Shown in pieces: positions 1 through 15,205 of a stretch of DNA of 53,485 bases (the stretch's first letter is position 1; each line of letters begins with the position of its first letter). A program made the translations under genes and the position numbers. The notes beneath the pieces were generated by a model. It searched no databases and was not told the DNA's origin. It saw only the letters and a list, made by a program, of their open reading frames with translations. This DNA comes from Blastocystis sp. subtype 4 (lineage: Eukaryota), in the NCBI RefSeq assembly GCF_000743755.1, contig NW_014569512.1:1-53485 (forward strand). Direction: 5' to 3'.

Positions 1-3000
1 AATCGTTCTCTCATTATCGCATCTGTTGAATATTGAGGAAGATCCAACTGAAAGAAACATGTATGAGCCACAGGAAGCATCTCATCTCCTGATGAACAGT
101 AATTCAACTTGAATGGTCGTGACCAAGTATTCCCCTTCGGCAATCGTGATCTTCCCCATGTAAACCGTAAGAATTGGGTTCGATCCTTACTTGATAATCC
201 TCCCATCACTCTCCAAAATCGCTGAACCACTTCATGTTCCTCTGTCCATCCAGCATACACTGTATGCAATCGCAATATGTCCAGATTCACTTCAGGCATT
301 CCTTTCACAGCTCGTTCTAACTGCTCCCATGTGAACAATGATAAGGCTCGCTGAGGTACCAATGCGTACACTCCTGCAGCTACTGCTTCAGCAGCCTGCT
401 TGCTCTCATTCAACCTGAAATCCAAAGCAAGCTCATAGAATCGCATTCTGTTTTCAAAGGTCACAGCCACTTGACTGCCAGAAGGAATCAATTCTACCTC
501 ATTCCCTGCACTGTCTTGAATGCTGAACATCAGACCAAAGAGATATTGGAAGTCTTCACGACCATCACTCTCCTGATACTCCTTCACCTGACGAAGAGTA
601 TTCATGAACCCTGAGTCCACAGCTTCCACATCCTCCACTGTGATCTTATCACCAACAATGGTCTTCCAGAAGAAGGATGACAGTTCAATTGACATGAGTT
701 GTTTGGTACGTAACGAAATACCAATCAGATTGCCTACAAAAGTGTACCTAATCATCATTTCATTCTCTCATCATTACATGGCCACAGCATCGGATGAATC
801 ACGATATTTCGGATTCGCTACAAATCGTTCTTCCTCATTCCCATTCTCTTCTTGCGAATTAGGACATGGAATGAATAAGTCAATTCGATCACTGAACAGA
901 TCTTCCACACTACAACTCATTCTCCTCTTCCTTCCTTACCATCGTTCAATTGTATCTCGATACAACCCACCCCAATCCAAACCCTGTTCTCCTTTGTATT
1001 TCACAGAGAGGAGACGTTCACGAGCATCCAGAGGAGCACGCATTACTTCCACTTTGTACTTTCTCATCTGTCGGAAGAGTTGGGCGAATGTACACTGACT
1101 GGTGCTAGCATTGGCACCCTCTGAATTCGTTCCTCCATGTAACTGAAGTTCACTCCGTTCCATGTCTGTGTAAACACGACGATTATCCAATTCAACAATA
1201 GGATAAGCATCCTTTCCATGGTAAGTCGTTTGTGTGATGGATAATTCCAAGAAGTTCTCCTTCACAGAAGGGAAAATGTATCCTGTGAGAAGACTTAAGT
1301 ACATTCCCAAAGTATTCGAACTGCTATATCGTGAAGTACCCACTTCTACCAAATGAACAACACGATTAAGCTGTGAATTGTAATATTGAATTAGAGCAAG
1401 TCTGTATCTGACTTCTCGATCAGAGAATGAAGATAAGGCATAGAACCGAGCTCGATCGTCTTCATTCAGTGTTAGTTGACTCACATCATACAATAGCATT
1501 GGCATTCGACTTTTGGACGCTTTCTGTTCTAGCAAACCAAGGAGCTGCAGATCTAACTTTCGTGAACACCTTCGATAGGTCTCAACTATTTCAACTTCAC
1601 TCTGTAGATCCCATGATCGACCAGCAATCAGTACAGCTCGTTTCAGATAAGGAAGAGGAGGTAAAGATTGGAAGAAGAAGCAATAAGTGAGAAGATAAAC
1701 AGTATCAATTGAAGCCTTCAAATCCTCTCCAATATCTATCACATCAGGAACAAAAGACGGAATGGAAGAAGATTTGGTATCTTCAATCTTCAACTTCTCT
1801 AACTGATCATTGTTCTGATAAGAACATAAAAATTCAAGCAAGAGAGGAAGTTGAGCAGGAACAATAGATTGTCGATCTAATCCCTCACAGAAGTGCATCA
1901 CCACATCGTACATGTGTCTATGAATCACTCATCACACTATCACTTACTGAATATTGGGAAGCTGGATATGCGTAAGAGCTCCTGAACCACGTAACTTGAT
2001 CAACAGTTCGACAACGCGTGATTTGAATGGCATTCCACTAGATCGGAGATATTCGATCAGATGACTAAGAGCCATGTTTAGGAATGATGAATCAGTTTGA
2101 CCTCCACATTTGATTATCTCCAGTACTAACTCCAATGCAAAGCAACTCCAATCAAAACAGGAAGCTTCAAGAACATCAATGTCGCCATTCCACCGAACAT
2201 GCTCAAATGGTTGGATGACAAATGCATAACCCCAAGAAGGAGCCGCTTTACTACTGCTCTCAAAGAGATATCGCAGGGTATTTCCACGTACAGTGAACGC
2301 ACAGAAGGCAGATCCTTCACCTGTGAATCGTGCAATGATCTCAGCATGATCATCATCACGGAAAAAAGTGAGTGAAGCATACTTACTATCTAAACTGCAT
2401 CGTTTATCAAATACAACACGTAAACCAGCTACTCCCTGAACTGTGACTTTATCATAGTATTTGGATTTCCCAAAAACTGGATGAATTGACATTACTGTGT
2501 AACGCCCTCGATCTTCGGATGCTAACTGAATCGATGAAACATTTGTAGAATGAGAATGAAGTGGTCGAATCGAGTCTGCTCGACGATAGGAGACCGAATG
2601 CGTATCAGCAGTATTCCCTTGTTGTCCCCAAGCATCTTCCTTCAACACATCTAATAGTTCCTTCCTTCGTGAACTTGTCAGACAGAGTTGCTTCACACAA
2701 CCCTTTAAAATCTTGAAGAGACAACTCACAAGAGTGACATAGTTATGCTTTGATGGATTTAGTATCTGATTGTTCATATGGGCTACATAAGTATATTGAG
2801 TGAACAACACGACATCTGTTGCATCTAAGGACCAAGCTTCTAGAGCATCAACGTGATTCTTATGAAGATAATACAGAAGACAAATAAGCAATTCACGAAC
2901 ATATTTCATACTCAATACTGCACAGATTCGACCTGTTACACCTCGGAATAATTTCACATTACCGAGATAGTATAACAATCGATACTTGTGAAGTGAGACT

Positions 3001-6000
3001 GTTTTTGAGGGATAGGTATTCTCTTCCAGAATACCTGAATTTTCATTTAAGAGGGATAACGTCACTGTATCATTGAACACACCTGTAATCACTCCTGTTT
3101 CTGGAACTGGTGAATAAAGAACAGTTTTATCAGTGACTGAAGCAACAACACCATAAATACTATTCATGTTGCGAATATTCTCTTCTGTTAGCTTCTGTAA
3201 TCGAGTGAATGGAGGTAACACTTGTGCCAGAATGTCATCTGTGAGTCGTGAAGCAGTACTACTGGAGGCTACTTGGAGACGTCGAATTCCCAACTCCATA
3301 TCTGATAACACAGAATCATCAGAATTGACACTGTGATTTTGATCAAGCTGTAATGGACCATAGTTCTCATGAAGTACTCCAGGAGGCTGTTCTACAAGGA
3401 ATGAAGTAGCTTCATTATCATTATCATTCAGAGACTACAGATCATCTCTCTCTACTAATACATACCTGAAGGACTGCATAAGCTACCATCACATCCACAT
3501 TACAAATTACCGCGATTTCTCTGGCCTTCTTCATTCGCTTTTCATTCCGAATTACCTTTGGTCCATCCGTTTCTTCTCCTTCATCAAACCTTACTTCTTC
3601 TTCCTCCTCTTTACCAAATCCAAATCGAGGATCCACCTTATCACGACCATGCACAATCTCTCCATCTTCTTCTGTCTGGAGTTCCATAGGAAGCAAACGA
3701 GCAGAACCTGTGTATGTATCAATGAGATACTCAATAAACCAATTGAAATACTGACGGACAATAAGTGTATTGAAGGAGACATTACATGGCAAAGGACGTA
3801 GAGCCATCTTCCATAACAGTTGAACTATCTCAGGCTGCAACTGTGTTGCAAGCGTATCATTACTGATTACAAGATGATTGATACATCGTACACAGTAGAG
3901 ATAGAGAATAATGTTTTGAAGCTGTGATGGATTGAGACATAAATCACTTGTATTGAAGAAAGGCATCTCTGCTGCTGGCAATGTGAACAATTCTTCATTC
4001 AAATCCAATCCCTTCAACATATGTTCAATGGCTACTAAGAGCTGCCCATACACACCATTTCGATCTTGTGGAGGCTCTATCCGATCGACCACATCAAACA
4101 CATAACAATTAACCAGTTTGGGAGTATCCAATTTATCCATCAACACTAGGGCTTCACCCATCGAACGATGATACTTGATAATTGTACCTGTACCATGACT
4201 CTGATACGCTGCATGAATGAGTGTTGACACATCATTCTCACCATCCATCAAGAACTCGTGGATTCGAATACGACTTCCAGCATACATACGAGGTGTAATC
4301 GCTCCCAGCACCTTCAAGACAGCAGTAGTCTGGTGTACGTCGACGTAAAACCACATGAAATCCATCCTGCCGAGGATAGAGCTTCTCGTTCTGAAGCTGC
4401 TCTGCAGCAACATTCAATACATCTTGAAATACACTCAATGTCAATGAGGCCCATGGCTGCGTTTCCAACATACGACGCATCAAATAGACAACCTCTTCTG
4501 CAAACACAAGAGAGCAGAAAGCAGCAGTATGTCCATCTGGTCGAATACACATCTTGCAGGAAGAAACAAACACTTTCTGTCGAGTGATCAGGATCTCTTC
4601 CATATAGGCATCCTTATTAGGAATGGAGAAGGACGGAGATGAGCGACAGAGAGTATTGTAGATAAATGGGAAGAAAGTACAACAGAGAGCACATGAAGTA
4701 CGTTCACCAATCAGGGCTCCAGGACAGCCATCACTATGGGAAATGAGGTGCAGTAAGAAATATATGAAGGCTTCACGTTGCTCTAGAGTTGGAGACGGAG
4801 TTGATGGGAAACTGGGTGGTTTGAGGAGTGGATTCTTAAGTACAGAATCTGCATCAGGAGTTCCAGGAGTGATCTGCGTGAACTGATCAGGGAGCTCTTG
4901 AAAGACAGGGGGAATATAATCAGTAGCAGGAATAATATACTGAAAGAGCATGATGGTAAGTTTCTGATGACGAGGAGAGAAATACAGCATATTCCACAAC
5001 ATACCACCATACTGATCCCAAGGAAGAATGAGTGAGAGACGCGTATGAGAGATGAAGAGAGTAAGAGCCAAATTGGAAGCAATGAGTCCTTCTCCTGCGG
5101 AGATTAGCATATCTGTGGCAATCATTCCTCTCATTATATTCTTCTCATCAACCACTTTCACACAAGAATAAGGATTGCCTGCAGATTCATTGGTATGATA
5201 GCTGATAGGCGCAAAAGGCTGCCATGCGTCACAACGTTCTTTCAACACACGCTGTTGCCGTGAAAGATCCTTCATGAAGCAATGAAAGAGAGAACATGTG
5301 AATGCCATGTACTTCGCACTCAACCGAACAAATAGATTGGATACATCCGTCAAAGTCCAATTATACAGTGTATCCGCATTCTGAGCAGGACTCTGACGAC
5401 TACGTGGAAGGTAATCTGAGAAGGCTTGAATAAGAATAATTGTTGATGCAAGACGCATTGCATTAGCCAGAGCCATCACCGATTCTGGAAAGATTCCCGT
5501 GATTGTGGCTGTCTGTGTATTCACATATTCCCAATTCTCTTGAATATCACGAAGCATACGATGGAAATGAGACTGATTCACAGTAATTTTCTTCTCGGAA
5601 AGAGAGTCCCAGAAAGGACCAGGAGAAATTAGGATGTCTTTCGAGTAATCATTTGTCATCTCATACCACTTGCTTAATTGCAAACTGCTTTCTTGAAGAA
5701 AAGGAAGAAGATGAAGATGATATGAGAACAAGGGAAGTTTCGGTGATATGACAGTTGTAAGGAACCAGAGAATGGTTGTACCAAGACGCCATTGGAGTGT
5801 CTCCACACATTTCTGAAATCGATTCTTTAGTGATTCACAAAACGAGGTGAGAGTTGTAAGGAGAGACTGCATGATTTGAATAGAAGCTCCTTCACAGTTC
5901 CCCAGATAGTCCAATCCATAAGACCCTTCATTTCGTCTCTTTCCATCATGATAACCCCCTACACAAAGTGTTGAGAATACGGTCATCTCGTGGATTAGTC

Positions 6001-8998
6001 CAAGAAGGAAAAGACGTGATGCTTGAGGGAATGAGTGAAGGAGAGAGAGGAAGTGAGATGCTTCTTCAAATATATCACGTTTGTTCTGTGCATTTTCACT
6101 ACGTCGCTGAAGACTTTCAGTCAAATGCTTGCATGTCACAGTTGTTGACATAAGCAAATACTTCTTCACACAAATAAGAATCAAGTCTTCTCGTGATTCT
6201 GGTACTACACCCTTCTCTTCAATAATCACACTGCTGTTTCGAGTGAGAGAAGCAATGATTTGTTTTCGATCAATCTGGAGTTGGGCATCTTCAGCCATTC
6301 CATTCTCCTCATCCTTCAGAACATCCCAAGGCTGGTTCAGAGACATCAATAAGTCCAGTTTCTGAAGCAACTGGTCCAGATAATCTTCATAATTGGACGT
6401 AAATAGCAATTCCCGTTCTTCTTGATCTGGCATCTCATGTAACTCCCCATGCAGGTTTGTTGGGATTCGTTCAAATGACACAGGTTCCTTTTCCGATGGT
6501 GCATCTGTACCTGCAAATGACATTAGTTTCTGAATCCGCTGCTTTCGCTCAGACGGCAAGGAACGCAGATTCAGATCCGATTTCCGGGAATCCAGTCGAA
6601 GCTGGGTACTGTCGCTACGAATGAACTGACTACTGCTGAGACGGCGAATTGGCATCATTGTTTGAGAAATACCTTGATTGAATCCAAGACCTGAATGAGA
6701 TGCAAATTCCTGTTTCTTCTTTCGTAAATGTTCACGAAGATTGATAACTTGTCTCCATAGAAGCCCTAGAACTGCAGGAACAGGTAGAAGAGAATCATGA
6801 GACTCTACTTCCTAAGTTTGTTCATTCACTCTTACCAACAAGCTTCTCATACGACTGAAGTAACAGTTCTTCTTGACCACACAAATACACCAACACAGCA
6901 AACACTTTCATTTCCACACTCACATGAATAGGTTGCCGTTTCCTTCTCCAGGCAGGCTCAGGATAATGAGAATCCATCCATCGATGAATACTCTCATACT
7001 CACTCAATGCATTCTCGTAAACAGCATGAATGAATTGAATAGGACGAGATTGATGAGTGTTCTTCTCAGCAAGACCACCACTGAAGACATAACTCTCCAG
7101 AAGACAACGTATATCTTCCCGTGGTTCCACATAGTTCAAATGTAGACAGGAGAAGTGATATTTGGTTGTGGTAGTTACAAGGAGATTGAGAATGGTGATA
7201 TGCCATGGTGGGGAGAAAGCAATCGTGTGATACAAAGGATTATAAATATTGGCTGTGAGTACATCTTCCTTACTCTGGATGATAGCATGCTACCAATGAC
7301 ACATCTATTCAATTCCTACATCAACACCACAGAGTAACATCAATGAACACCAAGCTTGGGTTAGCTCCATTAAGTCAGTTCGAAGATTGGCTGCTATATG
7401 AAGAGAGTAATGACCCATATAAAGAATTGAAAGCACATATGGAAGCAATACATCCAAAGGTGTAGCTGTAAGTGATGTTAGGACTGTTGGTTGAGCAGAT
7501 GGGAGAGTGGTAATGGCTGATTGAGCACTACTTACGATCCGAATGCACAGAGGAAGCAACTGCATCAAATAACCTTCAAGGATCTCTGACTCAGTTCGAA
7601 CTCCAGCAGTATCACCTTCAGCTTGGGAGAGGAGATAAATTTGAAATGGAAACAAAACTTCATGGAGGAGACGATGACAAATCCGAGAAGGAACATACGA
7701 AGTAACATATTTCTTACTGTTGAAATAATTTAGAATATCCTTCTCAATGACAGTAAGAAGAGTGTTCAGACTACGTAATGACTGACCAGCAAATGCTTCT
7801 ATTTCTCATTCTCAATCCATTCAACGACCATCCATTCGACTGTCTGCCTCGTAGTCAGGAAGTAGATTCACCAAATCATCGGCTGGGAGACACTCTAACA
7901 GACGATAACGGTCTCGAGATGAACCTCGTAAGAGATAATGAGGAACATATCGACTCCAATATGTCTCAGAACACTCCATAAACCCTCCAAGTGGAACATA
8001 ATCATCCTTCTGCATAGGATTCACTCTACAATGAATAGAATCCTTAACATCTACTCCACTACATCATAACAATAATCAGCGCCATAACGATAGACATTAT
8101 CTTCACCACTGTCCCAATGAATGCATACCTAAGCATTACCAAACTTTGTCAAACTAACTCCTTGGTCTTTGTTTCCTTTCCATTCTTTTCGTCGAATCAC
8201 GGTTCCTTCACCCCCATTTCCCTGATTTCCCCACTGCCAATCAGGTCCTCGAATAACTCGATCTCCAGGGTTCAAAAGAGGATACAAAACTAAACGTTAA
8301 GAGAATTTAATACTAAAACAGTTCTTCTCCTCTTCGTAGATGTCATGATATGGACAGTATTCCAAATGGGGAACAACCCTAACAGTTATCATCTCCATCT
8401 AACTTTACCCGCAGGTGCAACATGTTAGACTCCCAGGATAAGCTGGTTTAAGAGAGGCATGATGCACTTGAGCGGAACGCAAAATTCTATTATAAATGAT
8501 AAGAAGAGAATAATACCGTTGTAGAAACAAAAAGACTGCATTACGAAGCAAAAAGACTTCTTCATATGGAGAGGATGTATGAACTAATATAGAGAGTTCC
8601 TATCATTTACGACAAGCATGAAATGAAACCTGAAAGGCCGCAAGTTCATATTTGCTATCATTTTTCTGTTGGATCGCTCCAGAACTCGCCCTGAGCACAA
8701 AATTCTTGACACTTTCACAATCTATTACATAAGACACGAAATAGCCAAGTTTTACATTCTTTTCGTTCATTTTCTGGTAGCCGTATTTTTTGTTCATTTC
8801 CTAATCGAATGGAACTTCCTGTTCTGAAAATGGCTGAGAATGGAGGGATATCCGACAAGAGTCGTCGAGGAACAGATACTAAAAAGTTTGCAGAACAGCG
8901 TTCCTATAAAATCAAGAAATAAAAACACAAATCACATAAAACCATCCTTCCCCTCCAATGCAGTCATAATCATCACTTGCTGGAGTTTCTATCGGCAT
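1..8998 (-). CDS. Giant HECT E3 ubiquitin ligase with N-terminal MIB/HERC2 domain (multi-exon; 3' end runs off the window)
   Basis: C-terminal HECT: KYKGEQGLDWGGLYRD...FLRFTWGRSRLP...LPVAHTCFFQLDLPQYS with catalytic Cys near nt 57-62. N-terminal PGDRVIRGPDWQWGNQ...WDSGEDNVYRYGADYCYDV (~8055-8270) is the MIB/HERC2 signature. The minus-strand ORFs join through ~25-34 nt GT-AG introns back to ATG at 8998. Confidence 0.9.
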
Positions 8999-9108
8999 AT
9001 GAGATGATTTGTAACTCTAAACTGAAACAAATGACTATGAATGATGGATGTGGAATCGTGGAAACAAGTTGATTGAAACAAATATTAGCAATATAGAGTA
9101 CAAGAACT

Positions 9109-10592
9109 CTAGAATAGTCGAAAAAAAGTTTCAAATCCTCCTCCATCTACATTATCATGACAAGAAATCTCATACTAGTACACGATATTGATACAGATGA
9201 ATGAAATGGGCGATGTGAAAATGAGATATTTTGCGAGGAGATTTGGGGAGTGTTGAGAATGACAACAGAGTCCATATAGCAGAGGGAATTAAACCCACAT
9301 TGAAAAGAATGTAAAAATGGTAAATCTATAATGAAGAAAACTGTGAATCCGAACTAGAAAGTGAAAAGAGGTTATAACAACCAAGTAACTGTTTGAACCT
9401 GTCTTGTTGATCCAATCCTTTTAGTGAATTATCATGAATCGATATCTCTGTCAACATGGGAAGATCTACAAATCAGTCTCACTTTCATTCTTTACTTTCA
9501 AACGAAACGACAGTAGCACATACAAAAGATCCAGAACCAATATTTACCCCTTCTAATCGAGGTAAATCTAGATAACAACGTCATTGCTTTCCTACTTTCA
9601 ATAACAAGTCTCCAACAACTCACAAACGCTGTATTACCAATAAATATACGATTGAGTTGTGGGCAACAGGAGATTGAAAACATATTGTAGTTGGTAAGCG
9701 AATGATTCCCAATCTGAAGAAGGCGCAAGTTTGGGAGGTAGGACAGAGTTAGTGCTAGTGGGCTTTGCGTAGTTCCTGGCTCACCACTGACCATACAATA
9801 ATCACCAATCACAATTTGTTCTAATTTCCAGATCTGGTGAATGTGAATACTAAAAAAATAAGCTCCAGAATAATTGTCAAATAGGATTTGTTTGGTTAAC
9901 GACAACAGATTGGTCACTTCGGTGTCTTGTGGGACCACACGACAGATCTCAGAAAACAAATTGGAATCGTAGATCCATTCACCCTCATATTCCTTCTCGC
10001 CATGTCGATTAAAGAAACGTCCCATCCCAAAGTGTTCTCCATTATAGATCATTCCTTCGTAATACAAAAGTTGTGTTTCGAGGTGACAATGGTAATAGAT
10101 CCCATAACAGACATCACAAGAGGAGAGACGAAAGCCCTCAAAGAGTAAGTGATTGTCTTCATCATAGTAACAACCCCATCCACAAGGAGAGGCATCGCAA
10201 ACAGTTCCATCCCAGCGTTCACCAGTATTGTAGTCATCAAGAATATCTTTCGAAAGAGATGACATATCCTTTGAATAGACTATGGTTCCTCGATTCGCGA
10301 TGTAAACAGCTGAAAGGGTTCGAGTCTGAAGATTGGCCACAACAATTTGACCATGAATGACACCATCTCTCCAGCTCACCTGAACAACAAAAGGAAATTT
10401 GGAAATGACACAATGTCCATGGGGTTGAAAATGATTGTTAAACGATACAAAAGCATAATCTAATGGGATTTGCACTTTGTCTCCAACCTTGAAATACCAA
10501 CCACTTTCCGCCAACTCTTCTTCTCGCAATAAGAGTCGTTGATGCTTCTCTTGAATCTCAACATACTCTTCCCCGCAAGTATTTCGTTTCAT
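9109..10592 (-). CDS. MORN-like repeat plus leucine-rich repeat protein
   Basis: GERWDG..PCGWGCYYD, YYEGMIYNGEHFGMGRFF, EYEGEW (MORN-like), followed by LPxLxxIxIGxxSF/L repeats continuing through short introns to TAG at 9109-9111. Confidence 0.65.
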
Positions 10593-10648
10593 AGAACGTG
10601 CGTCCCTCTTTGTGATATGTTAGTAAATGATTATCTGAACAAACAGAT

Positions 10649-13600
10649 TCATACTTCCACAGCGCTAGAAATACCGCTATTTATATGATGAATCTTACAA
10701 ACATACAGGAGATTCACCTTTAGCAAAGCCATTTCTTGTCCTAGTTGAGTATCTGAAAACTTCGAGTTGACAAAGGTAATCCACTTGCCAATATAAATCA
10801 TCATATCCTGTGTTAGCTGTTCATTCTTTGAGAGATTGTAAATGTTACGCTTGCAACAAGCTAACAAACGGAATAATACATCCGTAAGTCGTTTCATTAC
10901 ATCCATCACATATGGATCCCTCTTCATCTTTTCAATCATCCAAGGAGTATTGTTATCACATAGCAAACGAATAGCAACAATACACCATGCCATATCTGGA
11001 TATCTTCGACTGTATCTCAGCGTCAATTCCGTACAAAGACCAATAAAGATGGGAAGTGTATCATCATTGAGGAATGGAAAGGGAGAGACGAAAGGAGAGG
11101 CAGATACAGAAGCATTGATCTCGATCAGCTCCTTCATGGTTTCGATCATGAGATCCAGGAGATCCGTTCTTAATCGCTTGTCTGACTCTGAAGGAGTCGT
11201 AGAAACGGTTCGCTTGATGGATGATGAAGGAACGTCTACTTGACTGATAGTTGCTGCTTGGAGAATGGATGTGATCGTTGGTTGTCCCGGAGTATGCGGT
11301 CGATTCAAGTTCTTAGGAGTGAGTGGACGCAACGTAACCCTTCTACACTTCTTCGATCCAGGAATGGAGATTGAAGGAGTTCTTTGTAACCAACTTGGAA
11401 GGCTCAATGGACATGAAATGAGATCCTTTCTAACTTTGGCTACTCCTAAATGCAAATACATGACAGGGTCACACATAAACCTAAGAAGATGAGATACAGT
11501 AGTTGGAATAGAAGGATGTACAATCGTCTTATCAAAACAGAAGGGCATCTCAGATTCAAAGCAAAGCGAAGTATCCTTCAATATCCGAAATACTACCTGA
11601 CATACTCTCTTTTTATAACACAGTACAAGACCAGAAGGGAGGAATACCAATAGGTTAGACAGGACTAGAAGCAAAGCGATTTTATCATCCACAGAATGGA
11701 CTGAAGAAATGTATGATAGAAATGTGCCAAAGACCTTCACACAATTGGTATTAATCTCCATAAAGACTTGAGATATGAAGAGAGGGTATTGCCCTGGTGG
11801 ACAAAGGTGCAAGGCTTCTGCAAAGATACAAGCTTCAACAGCACAAGGAGACTGAGATTCTACATTCATAGCAATACGATGAATCAGCATATGAATAAAA
11901 GAAGGATTCTTAACAAAATGAATGGGCTTCGCAGGGAAGTGACGCATATTCAATAGAATAAGGAGGAGAATGCAATCTTGGCTTGCTTCCTTAATAGCCT
12001 GATTCTGTTCATCATTATAGTGCAGATCATCTACAATCATATCCTTCAATTAATTCCTACAATGTTCAAAGAGCTTAATACCAATATCGAGAGAAATACC
12101 TTCCACGAAAGACATTAATTTGGGTGAATGAAACAGATGTGAGAGCAAATCAACACATACAGAGACAGCACCAATACTTTCATCAGGCATATATCGTATA
12201 GTACTACATGCAATAGCCACATCCAAAAGACATTTCATATCTAATGGATCGATCATACGAGGCTGATTATCGGTAGGTAGGAGATCTGAGTAATTGTGTT
12301 GATAGAGTTGATTATGAAAGATAAGAGATAGAGTAAGACAGTCGATACTCAAGACAAACTCTACTGGCCGAGAATTATTGATAAGGGGTAAGAAATGCTT
12401 CTCCAACTTATAATAATCGAGTCTAGAGTTATCAAGATTAACCCAAGAAGGAAACGATATCATGGAAAGATATCGCGACATAGCGAGGTACATACGAGTT
12501 TGATCTTGGTTATCCATACGAGCCATACTACGAACAAGATTCAGATAGATATCCACTCTGGAGCACTTAAGCAATAACATTAAAGCATAATCATTAACGG
12601 CCGATGGAAAGAGTTTTGGAGAATGAAGAAACATCAGACATTCTTGCTCATTAAGTGAACCAATCACACATTTCAGTACAACCGGCAAGGTATTCATCTT
12701 GATAGACTCTAAATATTGAACAGAATTCAGACCACTTTGGATCCAGCAAAACAGGAAACACTCAATTAACGACCAGCAGAGATGACCACTTTCACAAAGA
12801 CATTTGCATGCGTCCATTAATTTTCTTCCAAAAGCTTTAAACAAGACTACATAGATCGTTCTTCGGAGTGTCGTTCCATGATACAAGCGTAACCACACCC
12901 ATTCATTCTCAACATCAGTAGCAGAGAGTAATTCAACACAACATCCCGCTAAGTCGTGTGCTTTTTCAAGAGCGATTGTTTGAGCAATAAAATGGCAGTT
13001 ATAAGGTGTAAAGCGCCCCGAATGGAACGAATTCCAGAGATATTCATGAACAGAAGGATAATATAGAGATAGCTTTAGGAGAATCAACATTGCTTGGTCC
13101 GGCACACGAAAATAGTCTGCTTCCTTTAGAATCGCTGAAATAACAACTACAAATGAGGAAAATCGCGATAGAATACATTCATCAGCATGAACTAGATCTG
13201 AAATAAACGGCAAAAATGAATGGTAATTAAGGCAGAAGAATAATTTAAGGGCAAAAACGTTGATAGAATAATCATCATCAGGAAGAATAAACTGAATATA
13301 ATAATCAAAAATGGCTGCTCTGACACCATCATCAACAACCTTCCAGAGCGACACAACGCAACGATGAAGACTAGTAATTTCCTCTTTCGATAATGGTATT
13401 AATGCAAAGCAAGAAATAGCTAAGCAAAGAGGTAATTCTCTCCTTTCAATGGATCTGATGCAAGCATCAACAGCAATTGCATACAATTCTATACTAATAT
13501 TTGAAATAGGATTTATTACCAGGATGTCCTTTTGTTAACAAAGGAATACCTTCCATTATGATTGGCTGGCATTCCTTATCATGAATCTCTCCCAGAATCT

Positions 13601-13736
13601 CAAGCAAGACCTTTTTTCGATCCATACCATACAGGATGCAATCACTTATCTTCACGCTGATCGATTTAGCATTCTATGATGAAGTATTCATCAAACCACA
13701 TACAGACTTCGGCATATTGGAAACTTTCTGATGCAT
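10649..13736 (-). CDS. Hypothetical ~1000 aa helical (ARM/HEAT-like) protein
   Basis: ORFs 12050-13486 and 10649-12049 are joined by a 30-nt stop-containing intron (gtaggaatta...attgtag). Two upstream exons lead to ATG 13736, and a TGTTTGTT element follows the stop. Confidence 0.65.
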
Positions 13737-14099
13737 AATAAGAATTATAGAACGAAAACAAGAAAAGTCAAACAAGAAACGATGGTACTAAAGTGATCCG
13801 AAACTAATCGATAAGGTTTTCCTTCCAGTGCCCTACTTGATCAACTAAATATAATATGAATCTAATCTGTTTCAAAGTACCTATCAAACTTTGAGTTTGT
13901 CACGGGAAATTTTGACAAGTAGCTGAAACTGTCAGTACACATCATTTTTCTTTTCTTTCTTCTAGAATTGTAGTACTTATATTCCCCTATCGGTCTGCCA
14001 GATGTCTTCTGCCGATAGTAACTCGTTTGCTGTGATCAAATTCTGTGACGATACCTCGAGATATCAGGTTACCTGGACAATAGACGACTTGTAGATGTC

Positions 14100-15205
14100 A
14101 TGAAGGCTTCCGAATTTAGAGAATGCATATATGAAGAGGTTCAATGTCCTCCGATTGTTGATATGGGGGAGTGGATTGCCTATTACAGTACAATTCGATC
14201 CAAATTGTCACTATAGTCTATCTTATTCGTGAGGATCTTGCCTATCTCTTTGATGCGATTGCGGATGAGTGTACATTGGGTTTGAGTTGTTGTAACATGT
14301 CTGCTGGAATTCAGTATTTGTTCTATCAACGAATGATGTTTAGTTATTATTACTACTGGTCGGATAAGAAGAGATATCACTCTCCTGTCATGTTCCACAC
14401 ACGACGCTATGTTAACACCCTATTTTCTTGGGTCAATGATCTCCTTCATGAGGACTGTCAGATCTCTTCAGATAACAGTAGCAGCTAGCGATGAATTCCA
14501 TCTCTAGAGCCCAGATTAAACGCACTGTTTTCGGAAAGTACTAGTCGCATTTTCCGGAGACTCCTTCATGTATATGCACATATCTACAACAGTCACATGT
14601 ACTTCATCTTCCAGTTGGGTCTTGCTGAAGAGTTTCTTTACAGTTACTGTTGTGCTCTTTTTCTAGTAGATATCTATTCTCTCATTGGACCAACTGATCT
14701 CGATCCGCTGTATCCGCTGAATATCCAGATTCTACCATACTTAAAGTGTTGTCGTCCACTTTCATTTTTATGTAATAGCATACTACAACCGTACTATACC
14801 ATTACCAAGATATCTTCGTGATCTATTAGGTGAGGATAGACAAAAACGAAAGAATAAGGGTATGTATATGGCGCAATACTGACAACAAGAGTATCAGGTT
14901 TCTTCTGTTTCATCGAGCTGTTTGCCATCTGCTAGAACTGGTTTAGGATGAGAATTGATGTTAATAAGTAGAAGAACTAGATGTTTGCATTGATCAAGAC
15001 AGTAGTTCCGAGAATCCAATTAGCCATGAGAGCTCTCACAAGGGGGACACCAACATTCCAACAACAAGTGAAGTAGATAAAGAACTGGACCAGAACTTGA
15101 AACAAGATGAAATGTTAACACGAGAGTTTGAAAGAGATGAAATGGAATCAGTATGTTGAACAGATTTACAGTTAGGTATAGAAATGTCTCTGTTCCATTT
15201 ACTAG
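14100..15205 (+). CDS. MOB1/phocein family kinase activator with low-complexity C-terminal extension (both ends uncertain)
   Basis: VQCPPIVDMGEWIAY, CCNMSAG, YVNTLFSWVNDLL, RIFRRLLHVYAHIY, LIGPTDLDPL follow the MOB family pattern. Further spliced exons extend to ~15160-15260. Confidence 0.75.

Noticed and set aside
604..1098. This and many other short antisense or alternative-frame ORFs in the track
   Set aside because: They are shadows of well-supported genes on the opposite strand or in another frame.
4238..4413. Programmed frameshift between overlapping HECT-gene ORFs
   Set aside because: A 25-nt GT-AG intron explains the frame change.
12047..12052. Stop-codon read-through or recoding between abutting in-frame ORFs
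   Set aside because: The TAA lies inside a 30-nt GT-AG intron.
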